A DNA stretch of 59,830 nt, the filler included, from Nitrospinae bacterium RIFCSPLOWO2_12_FULL_45_22 (GTDB lineage Bacteria > 2-12-FULL-45-22), in NCBI GenBank assembly GCA_001803565.1. It is 7 parts of 7 records of this genome, joined end to end, with 100 filler letters (N's around TTAATTAATTAA, not from the genome) between each part and the next. Parts side by side here need not be neighbours in the genome. Positions count along the whole stretch, not along the records: positions 13,460 to 18,985 come from MHDQ01000271.1; positions 19,086 to 25,054 come from MHDQ01000272.1; positions 25,155 to 38,747 come from MHDQ01000273.1; 4 more parts are not named here. One strand, given 5' to 3'. Shown one piece after another: positions 16,806 through 26,306 of the stretch; the stretch's first letter is position 1; each line of letters starts with the position of its first letter. The translations under genes and the position numbers were made by a program. The notes under the pieces were generated by a model, which was not told where the DNA came from, did no database searches, and saw nothing but the letters and a program-made list of their open reading frames with translations.

Positions 16806-18985
16806 GTGTTTAGGATGCCAGATTTTAAAAGGCGGGATTTTTTGAAGCTCGGGCTGGGGGCTAGTTCACTGTTGGCACTGGAAGGCTATAGCAGTCTGCT
16901 TGGCACTGCTGAGGGAGAAGAGTTAGCATGGGGTGGTAAACAGGTCTGTCGGACTACTGGGAAGACACGCCATGCCATCCCTAGCACCTGCCTTAATTGT
17001 TTTGCCCGCTGTGGTATCCTGGGCTATGTAGATGCCGGGAGGTTGGTAAAGATCGAGGGAGACCCTGGAAATCCCAATAACCAGGGGAAGATATGTGCCA
17101 AAGGGCAGGCCGGTATTAACCTGGAATATGATGTTGATAGAATACTCTATCCATTAAGGAGGATAGGAAAGCGTGGTGAAGGGAAATGGGAACGGATATC
17201 CTGGGAAAAGGCCTTGCAGGAGGTAGCAGATAGGCTAAAGACCATCCGGGGGGGTGGGAATCCCGATGAATTTGCCTTTCATAGCGAGCGGGATATAACT
17301 ACCCAGTCCTTTGCCCGGCGTTTCCTGGATGTCTTTGGGAGTACCAGCATCCTGAATCATACTGCGTTAGGAGGGGCGAATAAAAAGATCGCTCGCCAGC
17401 TCACCTGGGGGGCCGATATAGATATAAATGATGTAGCTTATAGTGAATATATCCTCAATTTTGGCGCTAATCCCTACGAGGCGCATATCCTCAGAACCGC
17501 TTTTATCCAGCGAATTGCCTCCACCAGATCAATTCGGATGGTAGGAGAAAAGATCTTGAATAAGGCAAAATTGGTTACCTTTGATTCCAGATGTTCCATC
17601 ACGGCTGGGAGGAGCGATGAATGGATCCCCGTTATGCCTGGTACTGACGGGATAGTGGCCCTGGCTATGGCTCGTGTCATTATGAATGAAGGGTTGTATG
17701 ATAATGATTTTATTACTAAATGGTGCAACTACCCAGTGGATAAGCTAGCACAACACTTACAACCATATACCCCCGAGGTAGCCCAGAAGATAAGTAGTGT
17801 TCCCGCCCCTGATATCCGAAGAATTGCCCGGGAGTTTGCTACCGCTAAGCCCGCTACCACTATTTCAGCCGGCGGTGTTACTGAACATATTAATGGCGTC
17901 TATACGGAGCGTTGCATAGCCCTCCTTTCTGCTATCACAGGCAATATAGATATTAAGGGTGGGGACTGTCTTCCCCGTACTTATCAATTTTCTCAGCCGG
18001 AACCAATACCCCTGGAACCCCCCCGGGAGAGTAAGCTCACTCACCCACAGGAATTTCCCCTGGCCCATCACATGACTGCTACCAATGTCCTCTCGATGAT
18101 AAAGGAGGGGAGGCAAAAGATAAGCGCCTATATGATCTATCAGCATAACCCTGCCTATTTTGATCCAGAGTGTAGTATACACGCAGAAATATTACAAGAC
18201 GAAAAGCTGATCCCTTTTTTTGTGGTAATCGATTCATATCTGAGTGAGAGTGCGGCCTTGGCAGATATGATACTTCCGGCCGCTACTTATTTGGAGCGGC
18301 TAGAGCTGGAATCACCACCTTCATTTGAGATGGTCCCCTTTATTAGTATCAGACAACCCATAGTCAGACCCCTGGGTGAGGCCCAGCCTTTCATGGACAT
18401 TCTTATTGAGCTGGCAAGAAGGATCGGTGGCGGAATGGAGGGATATTTTCCCTTTGCCACCGCCGAAGATTATTGGCGGGCCTGTATATCCCATATCGCT
18501 GCCTTGGTTAAGGTAGGCGGATTGGATTATCTGAAAGAACATGGGGTTTGGTTTGACCCAGAAGCCAAACCCAACTATAAATCTTACGAAAAAGAAGGCT
18601 TTGAGACCCCATCGGGTAAATTTGAGATATATTCCAAAATCTTAGAAGAAAAAGGGTTCAATCCCCTGCCGGTATATGAGCCTATCCCCCAACAACAAAA
18701 GATGAAGAATGATCAATTCATTTTGATCACCTTTCAGGAAAATGTCCATACCCATGGATACACAAACAATGCGATACTCCTAGCAGAAATTACTCATAAT
18801 AATAAGATATGGATAAATTCCGATGTAGCTCGGGCAAGAGGGATAAAGAGGGACGACCTAATAGAGGTCCGCTCAAAGATTGGCTCAATAAAGATCAGGG
18901 CTCACCCTACCCCAGGAATACATCCCATGGTGGTGGCAATATCTGATAGCTGTGGTCATTGGGAATATGGCAGAATAGCCCAGGC
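16806..18985 (+). CDS. Tat-exported Mo/W-bisPGD oxidoreductase catalytic subunit, Psr/Phs/Ttr/Arr group (3' truncated)
   Basis: KRRDFLK; FS0 motif CLNCFARC..CAKG; YPLRR.GKRGEGKW; ADMILPAATYLER; TPSGKFEIYS. Confidence 0.9.
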
Positions 18986-19085
18986 NNNNNNNNNNNNNNN
19001 NNNNNNNNNNNNNNNNNNNNNNNNNNNNNTTAATTAATTAANNNNNNNNNNNNNNNNNNNNNNNNNNNNNNNNNNNNNNNNNNNN
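18986..19085. other. Artificial contig linker
   Basis: N44-TTAATTAATTAA-N44. Confidence 0.99.
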
Positions 19086-20432
19086 ATTAAGCAGAGATTA
19101 GGTAAGGACTTTCCGATAAGCTGCCGGATTAATGGGGCAGATAATATTAAGGGAGGATTAACCCTGGCCGATACTCAGCTTTTAGCGCCTATGCTGGAAG
19201 AAGCGGGCGCCGATGTTATTCATGTCTCGGCCAGCGTTTATGGTGGTTATCCCTCTACTATAGCGCCTATGGCTGAAGAAGCCGGTTACTTTATCCCATT
19301 AGCTGAAGGGATTAAGAAAGCGGTAAAAGTCCCGGTTATTGCCGTGGGTAAGATCCATGACCCTTTCCTGGCCGAAGATACTATCCGGCAAGGGAAGGCC
19401 GACCTAGTAGCTATGGGTAGGGCCTTAATTGCTGATCCTGACCTACCCAATAAGATTGCTCACGGACGGTTAACCGAGATCAGAAAATGTATCAGTTGTA
19501 ATCAGGGTTGCCTGGATAGAGAACATAATATCCTCCTACCCGTTGCCCAGCCCGAGAGCAATGTCCATCTCCTTTGTATGCAAAACCCTGATATAGGCCA
19601 GGAATATATCAATATTAACCCAGTTAAGAACCCTAAAAAAGTATTGATAATAGGCGGTGGTCCCGGGGGGATGGCCGCAGCCCGTGCAGCAGCTTTGCAG
19701 GGTCATGATGTCAGCTTATATGAAGAAGCTCAAAAGCTGGGCGGGCAGCTTAATCTGGCTGCTATACCACCAAAAAAACAAGCATTCAAAGAGGTTATTG
19801 AGTATCTATCCTGCCAGTCAGAGGAGTTGGGAGTAAAGACCTGCCTTGAGATAAAGGTCACGCCCTCGTTGGTAAAGACTTTAGCCCCGGACATAGTAAT
19901 TTTAGCCACGGGCGCTTTGCCTATCACTCCCCAGATACCCGGGATATACCAGGAAAATGTCGTTTCCGCGTGGGATATACTCCAGGATAAGGCAGAAGCT
20001 GGCGATAAAGCGCTGATTATTGGTGGTGGCCAGATAGGATGTGAAGTAGCTAGTCTCTTAGTAGATAAAGGTAAAAAAGTAACAATAGTAGAGATGTTAG
20101 ATCAGTTTGCTGGCAATATGGGCCGGGTATCCCGTTGGTATCTGTTGCATAAATTGACTGGCGCTGGGGTAGAGCTGCTAAAAAATGTTACTGTCACCGA
20201 GATAAAGGGAAGGGATATCAGTATAGAAGCCAACGGCAATAAGGACTGCTTATCCGGTTTCGATACCATAGTTTTTGCCGTTGGCTCCCGGCCACGGAAT
20301 GAGCTGGAGACAGAGATTAGGGGATTAGTGTCTGAGATGCATATTGTAGGTGATGCCTTACAGCCGCGCAAGGCCCTGGAGGCTATCTATGAAGGAACCA
20401 AAATCACCCGGTTATTTAGCACCACAAAATAG
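19086..20432 (+). CDS. NADH:flavin oxidoreductase, OYE/2,4-dienoyl-CoA reductase-like (5' truncated)
   Basis: ADLVAMGRALIADPDLP, CISCNQGC..C cluster, GGGPGG and GGGQIG Rossmann motifs; frame open from the contig start. Confidence 0.9.
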   Translation: MKQRLGKDFPISCRINGADNIKGGLTLADTQLLAPMLEEAGADVIHVSASVYGGYPSTIAPMAEEAGYFIPLAEGIKKAVKVPVIAVGKIHDPFLAEDTIRQGKADLVAMGRALIADPDLPNKIAHGRLTEIRKCISCNQGCLDREHNILLPVAQPESNVHLLCMQNPDIGQEYININPVKNPKKVLIIGGGPGGMAAARAAALQGHDVSLYEEAQKLGGQLNLAAIPPKKQAFKEVIEYLSCQSEELGVKTCLEIKVTPSLVKTLAPDIVILATGALPITPQIPGIYQENVVSAWDILQDKAEAGDKALIIGGGQIGCEVASLLVDKGKKVTIVEMLDQFAGNMGRVSRWYLLHKLTGAGVELLKNVTVTEIKGRDISIEANGNKDCLSGFDTIVFAVGSRPRNELETEIRGLVSEMHIVGDALQPRKALEAIYEGTKITRLFSTTK

Positions 20433-20522
20433 GACTATTGGCATTTTTTAGCTTGACTTTGTAATAATAATGCATACCATTACTCTTAATATTTTAAAAT
20501 TAAAAAAAAAAGGAGGGGATAG

Positions 20523-20954
20523 ATGAGTAAAGAGAGCAGCAAAAAGATTATTGAAGCATTAAACCAGGATAGGGCAGATGAGCTGGCAGCTATTATCCAG
20601 TATATGGGCCACCATTATGAAGCAGAAGGGATGGAGAGTCCAGAAATAATCGAGATATTTAAGTCTACCGCCATAGATGAGATGAGGCATGCAGAGGCCC
20701 TGGCAGAAAGGATCGTTTACCTGGGCGGAACACCTACCAAAATACCTTCCCCGATAAAAAAAGGCGGGGACCTGCGAAAGATGATTAAAGATGACCTGGA
20801 TAGCGAGAATGGGGCTATAAAGCAGTATAAGGAACATATTAAATTGTGTGCTCAACTGGATGATCCGGTGTCGCGCCTTATGCTGGAGAAGATACTGACG
20901 GATGAGGAAGAGCATGCCGATAAATGGGAGACTATCTTAGGCATAAGGAAATAG
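20523..20954 (+). CDS. Bacterioferritin/ferritin-like protein
   Basis: Ferroxidase residues in DELAAIIQY, DEMRHAE, SENGAI, DEEEHAD. Confidence 0.85.
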   Translation: MSKESSKKIIEALNQDRADELAAIIQYMGHHYEAEGMESPEIIEIFKSTAIDEMRHAEALAERIVYLGGTPTKIPSPIKKGGDLRKMIKDDLDSENGAIKQYKEHIKLCAQLDDPVSRLMLEKILTDEEEHADKWETILGIRK

Positions 20955-20994
20955 AAAGTCTGCTTTAAACAAGACATCAAGCGAGGAAGAGGCA

Positions 20995-21906
20995 ATGGAA
21001 GAGAAACCTTTGGTAGGCGCCACAATTGTCAATAGTAACAATAGTGATATGAGAGAATCTCCCGTCAGACCTGGCTCACCCAAGAGGTCTCTCCGGGAAG
21101 TCCATCTGGAATCTGAGGCGATAACAGGGCTCTATGAGAAACTGATAGAAGACCTGAGGAGGAAGATAGAAGACCCTTCTATTGATAACAATATCTTATG
21201 CCGGGATTTTCTGGCCGAAATATACCAGGGCAATAAAGTAGATTATGACAGGCTCATGAACGCTGATAACACTCCCCTCCCCACTAAGGTCTTATTAGCC
21301 AGTTTCGACCCCCGGAATATCACCCTGGAGCCAGAGTATTATACCGAAGTAGACCCCCAGAAATATTATCAAAGAAAACCCCTGATCTGGCTCTGGATCA
21401 TGTTTGACCGCTCCCCTTTAGGACAGAATCTCTATCTGGGCACTAGACTGCGGCGGTTATTGGCTGGCTATATCTTTAAGAGATGTGGCAAGAATGTGAA
21501 GATATTTCATGGCGTAGAATTCTCCTTCGGTTATAACCTAAGTGTGGGAGATAATGTGGTCTTCCATAGATATTCTCTCATTGATGACCGGGGAGAGGTG
21601 ATTATTCACGATAATACCAGCATCTCTGACTATGTCAATGTCTATTCCCACTCCCATAGCATTGTTGACGCGAACGATGTCAGCCTGGGAACAACCGAGA
21701 TCGGCCCTAATGCCCGCGTGACTTACCATTCGACTGTTCTTTCCGGCATAAAGATAGGTAACGAGGCTATGGTAGGGAGTTTTGGGCTTGTTACCCGTAA
21801 TGTACGACCCCATCATGTCAATGTAGGGATCCCGGCCAAGAGTGTCCGGGTAAAGCCCAATGCCTGTGCCAGTTGTGATGAAGACTGTGGCAGGCGGGTC
21901 ATCTGA
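20995..21906 (+). CDS. Hexapeptide-repeat (left-handed beta-helix) acyltransferase
   Basis: IFKRCGKNVKIF, VGDNVVF, IGPNARV, IGNEAMVG, VGIPAK. Confidence 0.8.
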   Translation: MEEKPLVGATIVNSNNSDMRESPVRPGSPKRSLREVHLESEAITGLYEKLIEDLRRKIEDPSIDNNILCRDFLAEIYQGNKVDYDRLMNADNTPLPTKVLLASFDPRNITLEPEYYTEVDPQKYYQRKPLIWLWIMFDRSPLGQNLYLGTRLRRLLAGYIFKRCGKNVKIFHGVEFSFGYNLSVGDNVVFHRYSLIDDRGEVIIHDNTSISDYVNVYSHSHSIVDANDVSLGTTEIGPNARVTYHSTVLSGIKIGNEAMVGSFGLVTRNVRPHHVNVGIPAKSVRVKPNACASCDEDCGRRVI

Positions 21907-21908
21907 GA

Positions 21909-24299
21909 TCAATGCGCATAAGCAGAGGGCGGCGATTTCGGTAGAATAATGTCGTAGATAGCATTTTCAAATACCTGTTGGATATTTTCTACCCAGATAA
22001 AATTAATTTCAGCCTTTACCTGTTCCGGTAAATCTGCCAGGTCCTGCTGATTTTTAGCAGGCAAGATAACTGTCTTTAGCCCGGCCCCATGAGCAGCCAA
22101 AACTTTTTCTCTAATACCCCCTACCGGCAATACTTTTCCCCGGAGAGTTATTTCACCACTCATGGCGACTTGATGCTTTACTGGCCTTTCATTCATAAGG
22201 GAGGCCAGGGCTACTGCCAAAGTTACACCCGCTGAAGGGCCATCTTTCGGGATTGCCCCCTCCGGGATATGGATATGGATATCCCATTTATCAAAGGCAT
22301 CTTCAGGGATATCTAGTTCGTTGGCTTTAGACTTAACATAACTGAGGGCAGCCTGGGCTGATTCCCGCATGATCTCTCCTAGCTTGCCAGTAAGTTGTAG
22401 CTTGCCGTTACCCCTCATCTTGATAGCCTCTACGTACAGAATATCTCCGCCCGTGGGAGTCCAGGCCAAACCCGTCGCTACTCCTACCTCATCACCCCTT
22501 TCGGCCTCTACCGGGAGATATGTTACCGGACCTAGATAGGCAGTAAGGTTAGGATAGTCTACTGAGTAATGGCCCTGACGGTTTAATACCGTTAATTTGG
22601 CTACTTTGCGGCATACACCACTGATAGCCCTTTCCAGATTCCGTAGCCCCGCTTCTCTGGTATAATCCCTGATTATCCCCCTAATGGCTTCATCAGTGAA
22701 TCTCAATTTCTTGGCATTAAGCCCGTTTTCTTTGAGCTGCTTGGGAACCAAATATTTTTTGGCTATAACCAGCTTCTCTCCCTCGGTATAACCGTTCAGC
22801 TCCATCACTTCCATGCGGTCTCTTAAAGGCGCAGGGATACTGTACAATACATTAGCGGTAGTGATGAATAATACCCGGGAGAGATCAAAAGGTAGATCCA
22901 GGTAATGATCCACAAAATCTCTATTTTGCTCTGGGTCCAATACCTCTAACAGGGCGGAATAAGGATCACCCCGCACATCAGCCCCCATCTTATCTATCTC
23001 ATCAATCATAAAGAGGGGGTTATTAGTGCCAGCCCGGCGTAAGCCCTGGAGGATCTTACCAGGCATAGCGCCCACATAAGTCCGTCGGTGCCCACGGATC
23101 TCTGCTTCATCCCTTACCCCACCTACCGAGATACGGATAAATTTGCGGCCTATGGCCTGGGCGATAGATTTTCCCAACGAGGTTTTACCTACCCCGGGTG
23201 GGCCAACAAAACAAAGGATCGGGCCCTTCATATCCTTCTTCAGCTTATGGACGGCCAGAAATTCTAATATCCGTTCCTTAACCTTCTCCAACCCATAATG
23301 ATCCCTATCCAATATTTTAGTCGCCAGGTTCAAATCAATCCTATCCTGGGTAGCTTCTTTCCAGGGTAAAGAGATGATCCAATCCAGGTAAGTATGGATA
23401 ACCTGGTATTCTGGCGAGGAGGCAAAGGCCCCTTCCAATCTGGTCAACTCATGCTCGGCTGTGGTTTTGACTAAGGGAGGGAACTTTTTCTTAATAATCT
23501 TACCCTTTAACTCCTCGATATCAGCCTCCTCTCTGCTCTCTTCACCCAGCTCTTTTTTGATAGTAGCCATCTGTTGGCGGAGATAGTACTCCCGTTGACT
23601 CTTCTCCACCTCTACCTGTACTTTATCCCGGATTTCAACATCTACTTGTTTAAACTTCAGTTCTTTTTCTAACAGCTCAATAATCCTTTCTAATCGTTCT
23701 TTGCCATCAAGGGTTTCCAGGAGTATCTGCTTATCTTTGAGGGAGAAGCCCACATTGCTGGCAATCAAATCCGCTAAGTTGCCCGGTCCTTTAAGATTGA
23801 TCTTTATGATAGGTAATAATTCTTCTGAGAGGCCAGGGTCTAAATAAACCAGCTTCTCTAAAAGGGTTAAAGCCTCTGCCATCAATGCCCCTATCCTGAC
23901 TGAGTCTTTATACTCCTTTTCCGCCAATGTTCCTACCCGGGCAACTAAATAGGGCATTTCCTGGATATATTCTAGCACCTGGATACGCTGAGTCCCCTGG
24001 ATAATGACCTGGATTAGTTCCTCTGGTAAATATACTTTTTTTAATACCTTGGCCTGGATGCCGATATTATAAAGGGCCTTTGGTCGTGCTACCTCCATAG
24101 CTGGGTCCTTTTGGAGAACCAGGCCAATATTTTGCTCATCCTCTTCTTCTTCCCCATCAAATATCTGCTTATTATGCGGTTTCCTTATCTGAAGGGCACC
24201 GATAGAGTCCGGAAAAAATACATTGGTCAGCAGAGGTAATATAGGGAGCAGTTTAGCGCCAGTTCTGTCCTCCAGCCGTAAAAGTTTAGATGGACACAT
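21909..24299 (-). CDS. lon: ATP-dependent protease La
   Basis: GPPGVGKTS, GHRRTYVGAMPG, DEIDK, PKDGPSAG, GGIREK. Confidence 0.97.
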   Translation of the reverse strand: MCPSKLLRLEDRTGAKLLPILPLLTNVFFPDSIGALQIRKPHNKQIFDGEEEEDEQNIGLVLQKDPAMEVARPKALYNIGIQAKVLKKVYLPEELIQVIIQGTQRIQVLEYIQEMPYLVARVGTLAEKEYKDSVRIGALMAEALTLLEKLVYLDPGLSEELLPIIKINLKGPGNLADLIASNVGFSLKDKQILLETLDGKERLERIIELLEKELKFKQVDVEIRDKVQVEVEKSQREYYLRQQMATIKKELGEESREEADIEELKGKIIKKKFPPLVKTTAEHELTRLEGAFASSPEYQVIHTYLDWIISLPWKEATQDRIDLNLATKILDRDHYGLEKVKERILEFLAVHKLKKDMKGPILCFVGPPGVGKTSLGKSIAQAIGRKFIRISVGGVRDEAEIRGHRRTYVGAMPGKILQGLRRAGTNNPLFMIDEIDKMGADVRGDPYSALLEVLDPEQNRDFVDHYLDLPFDLSRVLFITTANVLYSIPAPLRDRMEVMELNGYTEGEKLVIAKKYLVPKQLKENGLNAKKLRFTDEAIRGIIRDYTREAGLRNLERAISGVCRKVAKLTVLNRQGHYSVDYPNLTAYLGPVTYLPVEAERGDEVGVATGLAWTPTGGDILYVEAIKMRGNGKLQLTGKLGEIMRESAQAALSYVKSKANELDIPEDAFDKWDIHIHIPEGAIPKDGPSAGVTLAVALASLMNERPVKHQVAMSGEITLRGKVLPVGGIREKVLAAHGAGLKTVILPAKNQQDLADLPEQVKAEINFIWVENIQQVFENAIYDIILPKSPPSAYAH

Positions 24300-24915
24300 C
24301 AGGATTTCTCCTCCTTGCTAAGAAATCAGGGTACAAGGTCAAGGCCCTATGCCAGTCACTAACAGTATTGATATTAAAAAAAGAGAGGAGTTGCGGATCA
24401 AACCGTATTAGCTCTTCATGCCCCACCTCTCTTATTTTCAAATAAGGAAATAGGTCTAAGATCTTTAGATTACCTTCTTCTAACTGTTTTTTTACCCGAG
24501 GGAGACAGCTCCTGGAATAGACAGCATGGAGGGGTTGGTAGCCCCTGTCCGTCTTAGGGATTACTAAGTCAAAGGTATCGCCTTCTTGTTCGGTTAGGTC
24601 TACTAAGTAGCGTATTAAATTGCAATTAATAAAAGGCATATCGCATGCGACAAAAAAATTGTGCTGACTGGTAGAGGCCATAAGCCCGGAATAAAGCCCT
24701 ACTATAGAACCTTTAGCCGGAAAAAGGTCCCGGGTTACCTGGCACCCTAAGCCCTCATAGAGCTTCGGGCTATTAGTAACAATAATAACCTCAGGAAAGA
24801 CCTGCAACAAGCTATGGGTGACCCATTCTATGACGGTTTTATCCCCTAATTTCAATTGGGCTTTATTAGCCCCTATCCTCTTGTTCTGCCCACCAGCTAG
24901 AATTATCCCCTTCAT
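24286..24915 (-). CDS. mobA: Molybdenum cofactor guanylyltransferase
   Basis: ILAGGQNKRIG..K, ACDMPF, PLHAVYS, FFNINT. Confidence 0.9.
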   Translation of the reverse strand: MKGIILAGGQNKRIGANKAQLKLGDKTVIEWVTHSLLQVFPEVIIVTNSPKLYEGLGCQVTRDLFPAKGSIVGLYSGLMASTSQHNFFVACDMPFINCNLIRYLVDLTEQEGDTFDLVIPKTDRGYQPLHAVYSRSCLPRVKKQLEEGNLKILDLFPYLKIREVGHEELIRFDPQLLSFFNINTVSDWHRALTLYPDFLARRRNPDVSI

Positions 24916-25054
24916 CTCTTTTTCTTAAGGAATGTGTTTCTACAACTTATTATACATTAAACCTCACTCCAGAGCGACTATTAATAATCGCTTTCCAGAT
25001 AAATATCCTGGCATCGCTACAATTTTGATCTCCTCATGCTACAGAATGGAAGTG

Positions 25055-25154
25055 NNNNNNNNNNNNNNNNNNNNNNNNNNNNNNNNNNNNNNNNNNNNTT
25101 AATTAATTAANNNNNNNNNNNNNNNNNNNNNNNNNNNNNNNNNNNNNNNNNNNN
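25055..25154. other. Artificial contig linker
   Basis: N44-TTAATTAATTAA-N44. Confidence 0.99.
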
Positions 25155-25156
25155 TG

Positions 25157-25306
25157 GCCCGTGACCTCGATGAGCTTTATGAAAACCTGGTAGAGAGAAC
25201 CTTTTCCAGAAAGAACCTTTTAAAAATCTTTAATGAGTGGCTATCCGGCACAGAAACTGTTGATGACCAGACCCGGATAAAAATTACCGGGGTCAGGAAA
25301 CAGTAG
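25157..25306 (+). CDS. 3' end of an unidentified gene
   Basis: Open frame ARDLDELYENLVERTFSRK..ITGVRKQ-stop from the contig start. Confidence 0.5.
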   Translation, partial: ARDLDELYENLVERTFSRKNLLKIFNEWLSGTETVDDQTRIKITGVRKQ

Positions 25307-25425
25307 TCAGAAGTCAGTTAAAGAGGCAGGTTGTATTATTTGATTGACTGGGCGGCAAAAAAGTTATAAGCTTTTTTTAATCAAAACAACCTGGACCCAT
25401 ACCAAATTAAGATAAGGAGACGTAG

Positions 25426-26025
25426 TTGCTTTCGCCGGAAGAACGGAGCATAATATATCAGAGACTTGCGCAGGTATTCTCTTATCCTGGCGAGGAAGAT
25501 TATGCCGGGTTAGTTGATGATAGCTACCTGGAGCCCTTTTTATTACTGGGCAGGGATGTGGAGTCCCTCCTTTCCAAAACCAGTTACCCGGTATCGTTAG
25601 AAGAATTACAACAGCAATATACTGGCTTGTTCGATGTAGGCAGGGGTGGCAGCGGCCCTCCTTGCCCCTTGTATGAAGGCCCTTACCGGCCGGATTGGGG
25701 CCGGAGTAAGATTTTTGAAGAACTTTTACGTTTTTATGATTTCTTTGGCCTGGAGCTATCCCCTGATAGCCGAGAACTACCAGACCATTTGACTGTAGAG
25801 TTAGAGTTCATGCATTTTCTTACCTTCCAGGAGGCCAGCTCTGAAGACCCTGCACCCTTTCAGCGTGCTCAGCGGGACTTTCTTAATCGTCATCTCGTTA
25901 ACTGGGTACCAATGCTCCGCCAGAGGATAGATGAAGTGGCTATATCTGACTATTTTAAGGCTCAAGGATTTATTTTGGAGTCTTTTATCCGGACTGAGAT
26001 AATAACCCTGCAGGATATAACCTAG
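25426..26025 (+). CDS. TorD/DmsD/EbdD-family molybdoenzyme maturation chaperone
   Basis: YTGLFD..PCPLYEG, FYDFFGL, ELPDHLTVELEFMHFL, FLNRHL..W. Confidence 0.9.
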   Translation: MLSPEERSIIYQRLAQVFSYPGEEDYAGLVDDSYLEPFLLLGRDVESLLSKTSYPVSLEELQQQYTGLFDVGRGGSGPPCPLYEGPYRPDWGRSKIFEELLRFYDFFGLELSPDSRELPDHLTVELEFMHFLTFQEASSEDPAPFQRAQRDFLNRHLVNWVPMLRQRIDEVAISDYFKAQGFILESFIRTEIITLQDIT

Positions 26026-26240
26026 TACTTCGTTACATTAAAATGTTTCCAATGCGTAACCAAGTCTTTGCCACGAAGTCACAAAGACACCAAGGAAACG
26101 TAAAACGCAAAGCTAAAAGTGCAAAGCTGAGGAATAATTACCTTAATTTTACACTTTGCATTTTAAGCTTTGAGCTTTTTAGTGCCTTTGTGGCTAATAC
26201 AAGTTTTTATTGTATACTTTTTTATGAAACGCTCTACTAG
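26022..26240. mobile_element. MITE-like element, family B (CTAG-flanked), with nested palindromes
   Basis: CTAG at both ends; imperfect IR TACTTCGTTACATTAAAATGT versus TAGAGCGTTTCATAAAAAAGT; the internal AAAGCTAAAAGTGCAAAG module recurs near 42028. Confidence 0.6.
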
Positions 26241-26306
26241 TTAGTTATAAAGTGTTAGTAGTAGTAATTGTTAACGACAACTGATACTGATGATATGGAG
26301 GTGGCC

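Noticed and set aside
16806-18985. Respiratory arsenate reductase ArrA or ArxA
   Set aside because: It lacks the ligand Cys and the (R/K)GRY motif, and there are no ars genes on the contig. The substrate cannot be assigned.
26043-26240. Short ORFs at 26043-26240, 12424-12720, 45740-45991 and 59382-59570
   Set aside because: They coincide with MITE/REP-like repeats and have no recognisable motifs; likely spurious.
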